A stretch of DNA of 64,000 nt from Lingula anatina (Eukaryota; Animalia; Brachiopoda): the NCBI GenBank assembly GCA_051362555.1, contig CM120642.1, positions 32,178,001 through 32,242,000 of the forward strand, in the 5' to 3' direction. The position numbers and the translations under genes were made by a program. Of the stretch, positions 13,090-25,059 are shown piece after piece. Numbering within the stretch: the first letter of the stretch is position 1; the number at the start of each line of letters is the position of its first letter. Below the pieces are notes generated by a model. The model did no database searches, was not told where the DNA came from, and saw nothing but the letters and a program-made list of their open reading frames with translations.

Positions 13090-16000
13090 TGCATTTGAGG
13101 AGAGGGCACTGCATCTGAAGTTATTGTCAGAAACAGGGGGTGATGATGGCAGTCATTTCCCGAAAAACGTTTTAATAATAATAACATTGAAGCAGGGAGA
13201 GGTTTGAATCTCCTCCACAATGTTGGTTAGCTTGCTTGTCTTCCCCCCCCCCCCCCCCCTTCCTCCAAGCAGAGACAGGGGAACAAAAATTAACTGATAG
13301 CAAGCAAATCAAAGCAACAAACAGTACCCCCTAACATTCAGTTACACAGTCTTTCTGATATAATGAAAGCTTTACAGAGGTGGATCCTTAAATATTGACA
13401 ACAGGAATTCCACATAGTTTTTCCCCTGTTAACGCACCTTTGCTGTCCTTGTGCCGTACACTCGAGGCACTGGATACTAAAGTAGCGTGGCACCAAGCAG
13501 GATCTAACACCAGACAAGTGCAAATATCCCATTATATACAAAGGGCTTTCTCTCCCTTTTCAATGTTGTAACTACTATTTATTATACGTTTGTGAGGGCT
13601 TTGGTAGCAGACTGTATCTATAGTGGTATTAACAATGTCACTGGTTGCTCGACACCTTTAGAAGCCCACTGCAGGGTAATGAGGGGCACTTTATTCTGCC
13701 AGCAACAATGTAACACTATAATGTTACAATGTAACAAGTTATCCCAGGTGGTAATTTCCACTCACCTGACAGCTAAGGATTTCTAGATCAGCTATGCTAT
13801 GGCTACCATGTTACGTAAATTCACTTTTAAACGTCGGCATGAAACGATCAAAACTGGGAAACAAGGCACATAATCATCATTACCTTTTATTTTGACAGAA
13901 AAGAAAAACTTCTGACTGAAACCATAAGATTGCTGTGTGATGTTATTATGCATCCCAGAAAAGCAGATATGATATGGTAAACTTCCAAGCCTGGCTGCTA
14001 CATCCTTTGGAGATAATCTCTGCTCTTAATATAAACCTTTTTTTCCGTTTTTCAATGGTGTTGGCACAAGAGATCAAGCTCGCTCCGCACACATTGCCCG
14101 CTGCAGTTATATACACAAGCCCACACGCCTTTTATCCTCCAAAAGGCCATGGCAAACAACAACTCAGCCCTGTTATAACATGTCTGTCAGAGAGATTTTG
14201 AACTGATAACTGACAATTAAACTTCAAGTTCTGGGCACTTGTGAATTTCTATGCATACTCTCTTATTGGTTTATACTGATTAAGAAGACAAATAGTGCAA
14301 AGTCTTCTTTATTACATAGCCAAAATTAATTATGGTCAAGCACATTTTACCTTGTTGGAAAAAGACTTCCCTATCATGGTTATCAGAAATGTAATTACCA
14401 GTTGTCCATATGCCCACTTATAAACTGATGGAAAAAATAGGGTCAACATCTAAGGTTCCTAACGACCTGTTATTTTCATACCCAAGGAATCGCAACACCT
14501 CACATTGCAAATCACAGGTACCAAGCTTTGATCAGAGACCAAAGTAAAACTGCAAAATTGCCAGAAAAATGTTTTACAATTTATGCTGGTATGGCATTAT
14601 GAACCCTCCACTGGAGAGTAACCTTTGACTGAACCTGCAGTAATATATCTTATTTCTGCCCAATCTTTTCCACACCAGTCATGTGTATACACAAAAATAT
14701 GTTCTCTACTGGCCTCTGACCTCAACACGAGATTGGACTCCATAATAAGTGACAGCATTATGGTCACTTAACACCAAAACTTTCATTCAAATCATTTTTC
14801 TTCAGGTTAGCAATATTTTGGTCTTAAAAAGCTGGTAAGTCACAAAAAATAAAGAATAAACAGGAAACATTTTTCACAAAACTTTCAACAGGCCTTGAGA
14901 TTTCAAATACTAGTACAGGTTTTCCACATCTTTCTCATGACTAAACAAAACTGTGGCTGAAACAATTTCCAAGTAGCCAATAAGCACACTTGGAGCCTGC
15001 CAAGACACCCTGGTTACCTTGGGGCAGGCTCCTCTTGCCAAATGCCTCCAGGTAAAGTTCATCTGGTATCTGAGGGTCAGAGGTCATATCTCTCTTACTC
15101 CCTTGGGAAAACCATCTTATCTGCTGATATCTCTGACTCTGAGCTCAGCATATTTTAACTGCAGTTTCTGTCATGGGCTCTCTCCTAACTATTAACAGTT
15201 CTAAAAATTAACAAGCTTAAGGCATTATTCCTGCCTTACCTTTATACCATGATAACTGTTTTTTACCAGTATGAATTTTACAAGTTAGATGGCAAATAAT
15301 CGAGATTTTCACCAAGAAATTGTCAACATATACTTCTACATAAAACCAATGCCTTATTGGAAAAAAAAATCATGTACATTCCACAATGCCAATTCTTATG
15401 CATCAACTTTAAATGATACCACAAGACCTTCTGTCACCAATTAGTTGGCTATAATGGATCTATATTATCAATCTATACTGAAACATCTATGGCAAACCAA
15501 GTAGAAGTCAGCACCATGGTGGATGTTTTTCCCTTGTAAGTTTGTTTTAAAAAACAACTTCTTTGCCAAATCAATATCTACCCAACCAAAAAAGTGTCAA
15601 TTATAATGACATCATAATAAATTGTAAGGGAATTTTCTCAGAGGGGTCATTCTCTACCCCATTCTCTACACGCCAGTGAACACCAATATTCGTGTTGAAA
15701 AGACATCACCCACACTGCTGAGCTTTCCACCGTTTCCTGCAATACATCTCTGTCAGCATTACTTGATACAAATCCATAAAATCAAGACAAGAAAATAAGA
15801 CTTCTTTCTTCATGCTACAATGGCCAAGGCTTTGAGGTCTAATGAGATTGGAAATTTTTGTTCTTCTTTTCTTTTTCCTATGTGTGTTGTCAGTTAATGA
15901 ACATGTGATAAAGCTTTTAGCAATCTTTTGCATGTGCTTTGTTACACCTGCTATATTTACTAAACTGTGTTTGGGGCAAATCCCAACAACAATAATTCTC

Positions 16001-16849
16001 TATAATAAGAGCAATCGACCAATCTAACATCCTGAATGATTTTTAAATAGACTGATATTGATTTCTCATTTAAAAAAAGATCAAGTAATGTTCATAAACA
16101 GGTAGTTTTATGCCATTTTTGTTTGTGCATTGATTATATAATGAGTCCATATAAAGACCTTTTCAAACTGTTCAGAAAAAGTATTCATCAATTTTGAAAT
16201 AATAAAAAAAAAGAAAGTAGAAAGAAAGGGAAAAAAACAAACTTTTCTTATGCCATTAATACCAAACCTGTTTAAGTGAAAGTTAAGATTTGGAATCACT
16301 GAATGTGGAAAGGGAATTCTAACATAAAATTGTACTTAATGACCACCGAGACAAGCTGAGGCCCATTTTTACCATTGCTATCCTTCTGATTTGACTTCAA
16401 TGCATTTACCTTGTGACTCAAAAACTAAGCAGGCCATAAGAAGTGATTCACTTCATGTTTGTTTACGTTTGGAAACCAGACGGGTAACTCTTAAATCTCA
16501 ACCCCAAACTTCTGTCCTGAATTTCTTAATTAATACTGACTTGAGCTTTAGAATCAGAAAACTACCTACAAAAAGTAACTGGTTTACAATCACAGTATAA
16601 AACCTCTGCATGGTCTAAACTAAAGGAGACTGCAACTTCCATGTCCAAAACTTGTTCAACTTTCACAAACTTAGTAAACACAAGTTTTCCATATATATAA
16701 ACGAAGGCCATATCCAGTGTTAGATAAGTCTAATACCCCTTACTCACTGATAGATGCTGATATTTCACCTCCCTTTGTAAAACTTTTCACCTTCTCTCTG
16801 GACGAGCCAAGGGAACTCCAATGCTATTTTTAATTTAACATGGCGAGCA

Positions 16850-17420
16850 CCTTGCAAGATGCACGCTTACCGAGTCAAAGAAACTGTTCACTTTGCTTCC
16901 TTCCAAGGTAAAAGTGTGACTATCTATTCCTCATGGTTATAGGTACTTACTTTATAAATGTATTCAGTGTCCCCCATGCGTTCTATAGGGCGCAGTTTCT
17001 GGTAAATCCACACAAACTGTCCACACGTATATCCTAACGTCTCTCGCGGTACACCAGTAACTCTCAACACAGCTGAGTACGCATCACTCTCGACGTTACT
17101 TCCGCTGTATCCTTCCGCTGACTCCCATTCACAAACTCCGTCACAATGGGACCTATATCATATTTTAAACTGGTCCGCTCTCCAGGAATAAGATATTTCA
17201 GACTATAAAAAGGAAATATATATCACAATCTCGCTCATTCTAATATGTTTCTGGAGTTGTTGGGGAGAAAACCAAAGCTATCTAAATTGTAACTTTTTTG
17301 TCTCAAACTCGCTCTAACAGCTGCCCAAAGCTCGAGTCGCCCCGCGATAGCACCGCCACCTATTGGCAAAAGTTTATATTTTACGCCAAGAGAGTCGCCG
17401 GAACCCGGAGGCAATTCTCA
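16850..17420 (-). promoter_or_regulatory. Putative promoter and 5' non-coding exon region of a minus-strand gene extending left
   Basis: Local CpG-rich patch at the edge of a 17-kb CpG-poor block. Two ETS-like CGGAAG motifs on the minus strand (~17099-17116). Minus-strand donor-like sites CG|GTAAGC (~16870) and AA|GTAAGT (~16949). Confidence 0.4.
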
Positions 17421-18589
17421 TTATTATTGGTACATCAAAAAGTTTTTTTTTTTTTTTAATTGGTGGGCTTATAGAAATCATAGTTAGACGGAATATCTGA
17501 GAGTGTAACAAATCAACTCATTCAATTTATTCGATATGTCAATTAAATAAATTTTAAAATGTCTTTTTAAATTTTAATTAAGATTAAATAGGCCATCAAA
17601 CAATACAGGGAAAATTCAGTGTGCAACTGAAAAATCTCAGATAATTTGCTAGATATCGTAACTTCCAGAACCTCATCTTTGTTTAAATGGTAATTGCATG
17701 TATCTCAGGTCACGGGAGTCTAAAAAACAAGATAAAAAACTGACAGGTGTGGTGTAAGCAGGTGCTCTAGACTAGCAGATGACGTCATTAAAGTATCTAA
17801 TGTAGTTTTTTCTTGTGGTTATTTCTTTTACTTGTTTGTTTGAAATAGGAAAAGATAAACAGAACAAATGTCATGCTGACTCCCTTTTTTCTTGTCGCTG
17901 CCCACTGAAGCAAAGTTTTAAGCAACATTTACTGCCATGTTGTAAGTATAGTCCATTAAATCAACGCAGTTAGCTTTGAACTTGGTCCCTAGAAACGTTT
18001 GATTTGGGTTTTCCATTAATGTCTTTCAAAAGCGAATATTACAACAACGGTTTGGATACAAAGTACCAAACAGGTTGTGTTAGTTGAGCATCTGACATGT
18101 GCTGGTTGTGAGCTCACCTAACGCTCACCTAACGCATTTAAACAATAAATGAAGACATGGGTATGATTCGTTTCTCAAAACATTACTGTGATTTATTCTT
18201 TTTTTTTTCAAAAAATTACAAAACAGTCGTGCAATTGAACATTTTAGTGTTTAAACAATCATTAAATCATTTATTCCTTTGTTTCTCCGACAAAGAGAAG
18301 CAAATACAATTTAATTTAAAATTAAAAAAAACTCATGCGTACTGATATCTATATAAATCTTAGTTTGATCTTGAAATTTTTGAGGGCAGGCTGGAACAAA
18401 GGTTTATTTTGAATTAAGTAGCGAAATGTGTGCGGAAGGACTGAACGAAACGAGTAATTGAGAAAACGGTTATGAAAATATTGCAATATAGTCTGCATAT
18501 ACGAAGCGCATTTTATCAGAGAGAAAACTGTGGACAGATGCCTTTAGTGCTAGGCCTACGGTTCTGATAGACAGTTCCTCCATGTTAGA

Positions 18590-19140
18590 GTTCCAAAGGA
18601 TGGCGGTGTTTTAATTATAAAAAAGTCCTTATTATTGAAATTCAGTATAACAGTTTATGATAAAGTAGAAGGGATCATTGATATTAATGCTTTGATCAAA
18701 TGATATCAAGATATACAATACAGTTGTCTTCGTGTAACTAATCCCACTCAAATAGTCCTCAGAGACTTGCAACCATTTTATTGACATTTGTTAAGTAACA
18801 TCTATAAAGCCGCAGATATGGTAGTATTCGTAAATGTGCGGAGAATTCAATTCCTGAAATGATCATATATATATGGAGGGTTGTATAGTGGAGATAGACT
18901 CTGTGGTAGAAAGAGTAATCGTTGACGATACTCATATAAACGTATGAATCAGCGTGGTGTCTATTTGGAAGGGGTTTTACTAGAAGCTAGGTTCTGTTTT
19001 ACAAATGGAAGGCTGTCAAAAGAGAAATATAGCTTCGCTTGTAGAACAAGACGGGTGTTAGTAGTGGATGATATTGCCATAGGGTTTGACATGTTTATGA
19101 AATGCTGTAACATGAAGTACCACCGTATAACCATATAATG
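18590..19140 (+). mobile_element. Decayed non-LTR retrotransposon APE-endonuclease fragment (CR1/L2/RTE-like)
   Basis: ORF 18944-19138 (NQRGVYLEGVLLEARFCFTNGRLSKEKYSFACRTRRVLVVDDIAI) follows the N.HG..LLEFL....C..NGR....FT.....G.SVVDYI endonuclease pattern. Upstream frameshifted GGV (~18603) and CGEFNS (~18836) motifs are present. Confidence 0.65.
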
Positions 19141-20668
19141 ACTTAATATATCATTGTCGAATTACGAAATGGGGCACTTGTTTTTCCCTAATGGATGCCT
19201 GTATAACCTGCTTGGGGTACAATAGAATATGTAGAAATAAGTCCCCTGAAAAATGTTCAAACTAAAGATTATCAAACAAGTGATTGTATAAGGTTGTAAG
19301 CGATTGTAAACGTGTGTGAATTTTGTTAACGCCAGCAAAAGAGTCAATCACCGCACAGTTTGCGTAATTAGAGTCGGAGTATTGCCATTACATACTGAAA
19401 CCAGACAATTTGTTAATAAGTTGATGAAAGAAAAAATTGTGCACGTTGTCATACATGTACATGTATGAAATGGTCGAGAAATTGGAGTCAAGTTTAATCT
19501 TATATTTCATTGTTCGACTTATGACAATCTTGGACGCATACAGACGGATTCGATTGGATTAGATTTATTTTTCTGACCTGGTCACCCTGGTGGACAGACA
19601 TTGTCTGCTCTTCACGTACACACAAAAACTTTGGAGAGCATTTTCTCTGGCTGCTTCCAGGTCTGAAAAAGCTGGTGTAAAACTTTTTTTTATCTATATC
19701 TCTGTATACCCAATGGTTCATTCTATTCGGCGATGTTGGGAAAATGGCAAATCCATCAAAACATGATGTATCTAATCAAGTGGTCTCTGCTGATTTCTCT
19801 CATTTTTTCTGATAGAATAAAAAAATAAGCACAATGATTTACTCACAAGCATTTGCTTCTATTAAAAACGTGTTCTTGCAGAGTCTATCATTTCTGAAGT
19901 ACAAATAAATAATGCAAATAATGATTTGACGTGTGTCCAAAGTTATCGCATAACGTTAAATGCGTAAACATCAGTTGCCATGGAAACCAGGCTGTAACTA
20001 TGATGGGCCAGAGCGCGATTATCATGTATCAGACCTATATTGCCGATGTGACAGGAATGGTTGTCCGCTGGGAACCGTAATCCGTTCACCATTACTTTGT
20101 ACAGGTGACATGCTTCCCATATCCCAATACTCCAACTAGCCCTAACCTGTACTAATAAAATCGGACCCCGGACTTCCATTCTTAGGACTACCATTCCTGT
20201 CACACAGGTAATAAGGTTTATTCGGAGAAAGAAAGCGGAAAATATCCGTTCAACTATACATTTTTTTGTGAAATATGAAACGATGCTTTTTGGTATGCTA
20301 TTTGAAACTTTATGGTGGCATTTGGTCGGGTTTTGTGGCCAAAACTTTATTTCAAATGCATCTTTCATTTAAAAGTGTAAGAGTAAAGTTTAGTGTTAAG
20401 AGTACGGCGTAAAGCTCAAAGTTTCTGAGATCCAGTTTGCAATTGCTAGAAAACGCTGATATTTTCATATGGTTCCTGAATAATATCACTATCCTACAGG
20501 TAAAAGAACACAAATGGAAACTTTGGAACAACGCCAGCGCATTATCATATTGGCAAAATTTGCCAAAAATTGAATAAACCTCCTTACACGTTGAGCGTGT
20601 ACGGGTCTTCAAGGAAGACTCACTCGGAATATAATAAAGGAAAAAATATTAAGATATCACGGTCAATC

Positions 20669-20672
<4 letters not shown>

Positions 20673-20732
<60 letters not shown>
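20673..20732. repeat. (AT)n microsatellite
   Basis: Directly visible. Confidence 0.95.
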
Positions 20733-20734
<2 letters not shown>

Positions 20735-21072
20735 TCCATTCAAAATATTGCAATATATGGATCAAGCTTCAAACGGCGTTGTCCTTTTACGTAGTTTGAC
20801 GTAGTTTAAGAAGTTCAATGCGCGTGCCTTTGAATGTGTCCAACACGTTGCGCTAACTGGATAGTTAAATGTGTCATTTTTATGCTATATGTGTTCAATG
20901 TATCATGGTCATTGAGGTGAACAAAACTAGTGAAGTTTAACAATGCATTCTGTCCACGTGCTGCGTTTTTCAATTAAATGTAGCATTATGTCCCTTAACA
21001 AGAAGACAACTCTTGGTTTCCATCATCAAAATTTTTTTACACACCATCATTATCCGTGTGAACTTCACATAT

Positions 21073-21435
21073 CTAGTTATTTCGCCGTAACTTCATCGTA
21101 GCGGCTCGCAGCAGGCATCCAATGTTACAGTTATATCCTGAGATGGCCTTGCATTTCATTTTACTTTGATTTTCATCATTGTTACTACTAATATTAGCGC
21201 AATTAGGATAATTTCCAGTTAGGTGAAATTCAGTGCATGAGTGAAACCACCAGCCACCACCTGAAATATTTATTTATAAAAAGAAAAGTATGGTTTCTGG
21301 AGTGTAAGTTATTGCAGTGGAGCACAACACCAGTAGAAAATAGAAGTCATTGTTACTGCTTTTACTCTCTAAGTATTGGTCTAGTTTTCCGGGTAATAGT
21401 TTTAATCCCCCCTCGTTTATATATATATCCCCCTC

Positions 21436-21512
<77 letters not shown>

Positions 21513-23623
21513 TTGACTTATCTCACAAATAAAAAGGATTTTTTGCAGTCAAAATGAAGGAAGGATGACCTAGCTTATTGGAAACTTGTCTTTCCTACGC
21601 GTACCTTATCACAAAGATAACCCCACAAATCAGCATTGCTTAAATTGCATGCACATCATATTATGAAATAAATTCTGCCTACCGTGATGCTCGGCGCACG
21701 TTTTACCAGATTTAGGAGAGTAAACATTGATGTTGTCAGCTGTTCCAAAGGCCCATCCTAGCATAAGGCCATCGATACTTGTTGTTGTGTTGTAGGACTC
21801 GACAGTAAGGGCATCAACAGCATACTTCATTGCTTCGTTCTTAATTCTAAACAGGTTCCATTTGACGTAGTAATATCTGCCGTTGCAGGACAACATATCA
21901 ACCAGCATGGAGTAATTTCCTTGATTGGTTAACGCATGAAGGGCCTCATTGCCCATCCAGAACTGTAGGCGGGGATCCCCAAAACCAAACTTTATATTCA
22001 TTCCAGTTTTTATCAAAGTTCATTGTATTGTCATATCTTCTCATCACGACAAGCCATCCGTTGTCACAATAAACTCCCTTTGTTCCAAATCCTGTTATTT
22101 TGACAGGCAACACTCCTGTACCATCTATAAAAACAAGCAGTAATTTTATTGACGTTACGAACCGAGCTTTACATTTTTTGAACTCACGTGTAGTTTCAAA
22201 GGATACGAAGAAGTCTGAACATCGTAACGAACAATTGTGATTAATATTGAGTGACATTTATCTAAAAAGGCAAAATCTGTACTCTTGTTAGCTCTTTTAA
22301 GATTAGAATTGTCCTACAACATCACACTGTACACTGTACACCAACCATTAATTCTTTCCCACAACTAGTGGCGCGCGATCTCACACGTGACACTATTAAT
22401 TCATTACCAAAATCAATACACAATCACGACATTGCCTTTGTTGTTACGGCATGTATTAGGTATCTTTTGAAAAAAAAAAAAACCAAACGGGTATCCCTAT
22501 TAATAAATCCTTTTTTACTGTCGATGCTTTTTGATGTTGAACTAAAAAGCGTCAGACTCACAGATGACGTGGAAATGCACTTACATTGAAAATAAACATG
22601 TATGAATAAAATCAAAGAAAAACATCAAATTCAACACAGATCACTGTATTGCGTTACACACACTTTAAAAATAACAAAACAACTTACAAATGTCGTTGCA
22701 ATCCACCTCTTCCTAAAATAGTACAATGGTCTCAAGAATGTTAATAAAACAAAGCAAAAATAAACAAACAAAACTCATCTCTATTAAAATAACAAGAAAC
22801 AGATTGTTGACATTTGCCATTTTTAAAATTTCCTTCACTTTCAAATTTATCGTACCTTCTTAAGTGATGTTCAAAAGATATATCTTTCCTTCAAGAAATC
22901 ATGACACAGCTTTTCTCTATTGTTGACAATGCTACGACGCTGATTTAAAAATAAACGTGGTTTAAATATAAACTACTCACCCTGGCGTCCTGATAATAGA
23001 TTCCGCCGTCATGACGTATTAGTATGTCAGTGTTGAGAGCCTTCAGGGAATTCAGTTCACAATTTTCTGAAAAATCAACAACACAGAAATTTTAATAACA
23101 GCATAACTTCAGTGACTTGTAATTGGAAACAAATCGGCAGGGGAAATTCGTCACGTTTTTCTTATGAAATTGGGGATGTTTACCAGAGAATGTTTTTAGA
23201 GCGGCTTATAGGGCCTACTGGAAATATCTTTTTAAAGAGCCTATTTCATTAATCATAAGAGTATTCTTCATTGTAAAATCTATTTCACCACGTTCATTCT
23301 TGCAGTAAAACAAAATCAAAGTAGGATATATCCTCCTGAAAAGGGAAAAACTTACTGACATATTACAAAACAGAATAATACGCTTAATATGCCTCTTACC
23401 CATGTGCCTAGTTTTGAAGTAGTTCCAGGAACGGCATCCGTCTGTTCGTAAGCATTCTAATCCACAACTTAAAGCGCTCTGTACTGTCACCTTTTTCAAA
23501 GCAGACGACGGTAAAATGGCGTCCTTAGTAGCGACGAAACGTGCATTCTTCACCTTCTGTTGTGTTGTGAGCAGTACAAACAAAGCCGTAAACAAGAGAA
23601 CTTTAAGAAGTATCTGTAGTCAT
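21073..23623 (-). pseudogene. Secreted PAN/apple + fibrinogen C-terminal domain (FReD) gene, frameshifted (pseudogene or assembly indel)
   Basis: Exons are ~23613-23400, 23066-22981, 22712-22688, 22124-21683 and 21260-21073, all GT-AG and phase-consistent. Translation gives a hydrophobic signal (ILLKVLLFTALFVLL), PAN (SALSCGLECLRTDGCRSWNY...ENCELNS...GGIYY) and FBG (VYCD.GWLVVMRR..NFDKNWNEYK/GFGDP..FWMGNEALHALT...CAEHHGGGWWFHSC..HLTG.Y...MKLRRNN*). There is a +1 shift at ~21988-21993. Confidence 0.85.
21405..21509. repeat. Duplicated ATCCCCCTCGTTTATATA unit followed by an (AT)n microsatellite
   Basis: Directly visible, in the last intron of the FReD gene. Confidence 0.9.
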
Positions 23624-25059
23624 GATGAGATCTGCTTTACTGGAATTCTGACACGAAGATTCAAAATATGAAAGGGCTAATACATGCCAACTAACACCAA
23701 CACCGACGCTGAGTGTTTGGAAAAAAGTTCCCAAAGTGGTCCTTACATTAGCACACTTTCGGATGACGTTGAGATCCAACTCTGAGCGGATCAACTCCAA
23801 CAAAGTTTACGCCACTGCCCAACCTTAATGCGGTATTTATGTTCAGTGAGAATTCTACGTGCTCCCTTTTATTCCATACATGGATATCTGTTGGATATGA
23901 ACACTATTACCTGTAAAGGTACTGTGATTGATCGCCTTGATCTAAAAACATTAATATTGGATAGGAGACGAATTTTAGGGAATAAACATACACCTTTACG
24001 TAATGATGTGTTGACGATGCAGATGCATTTAACGGCTAAGAGCTGTTGTTTTCCAGGATATATGGGTGGTGTCTTTTTCACCCCAATCACGACTTTAATT
24101 TTTGAATCCAAACGGTATTTTGTATTAAACATGCGCAGGGAGGAAAACCACGCATTTCATTTCACAACCACATCTGACACATTGCCTGGTGAAAATGAGC
24201 TCATCTAACACATTCCCTGCTGGAAGTGGATGGTGCATTTTTCTGCTTGCATTATGTGCTGTATATAAGCGGGGCTGGGAAAATGATAAACAGGTCAAAT
24301 TTACGTCAAAAAATATGAAGAAGTTGAAGTTAAAAGCTTTTTTTCTGGCTCACCGAATGATTCATTCGGTTTAGCCCTTGGTATTCCGATTTTATTAAAT
24401 TAGAGAATAGTAGAAGGGGTCTATATGCCCTCAACCTACGCTCGTTTCAAATGTATCCTGATACTTTTTCAAATACGTACATGACAACCATAATCTTTTA
24501 ATCAAATCAGATGTGCTAGGTGACTACCCTACATTTATTGGTTCTAAGCACAAGAAGGGTGTGGCTTTTTCATAAAAAGTATTCTTTAAAGCACAAATAA
24601 TTGTATATATAAAATTTGCAATTTCTTAAATTGTTTCCCTGTAAAATTTTTTGAAACTACAGATGAATAATGCATACGTGATATATAGTTATTACCAGAG
24701 GTACCGACAGTTTTTTATCATTCACACACATCAACTTTCTAAGGACAATCTCCGGGTTGAATACGAGATAGTAGACTATGTAATAAACATTCCATTTGAA
24801 GCGATTTAAGAAATTTAGTGCATCTAAACTGCATGTAGTGCCCTGGGCCAGGCCCATCCTACACAGGACAGCGGGGCTGAATTTCGCGTGACGTTCGTAG
24901 CATTTATCACTTAAATGATTCTCAGCACTTGAGCGGCAAGGCAATGGGGACAGTTGCGTTTACTTTCCAGTCGGTCTCTCCTAGAGCAAGGCATTTTTTA
25001 TCCTGAACTTAAAACGCCGCTTTCCCACCCGGGCAACGATTCTGTCCCATCAATCAATC

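Noticed and set aside
19943-20368. 141-aa minus-strand ORF as the last exon of the fibrinogen gene
   Set aside because: It has no FBG motifs. The true terminal exon (GGGWWFHSC...MKLRR) is at 21260-21073.
20570-21557. ORFs with IYIYIY runs (also 43731-44030)
   Set aside because: These are translations of (AT)n microsatellites.
21985-21995. Programmed ribosomal frameshift in the FReD gene
   Set aside because: There is no canonical slippery heptamer with downstream structure. A homopolymer indel (mutation or sequencing error) is more parsimonious.
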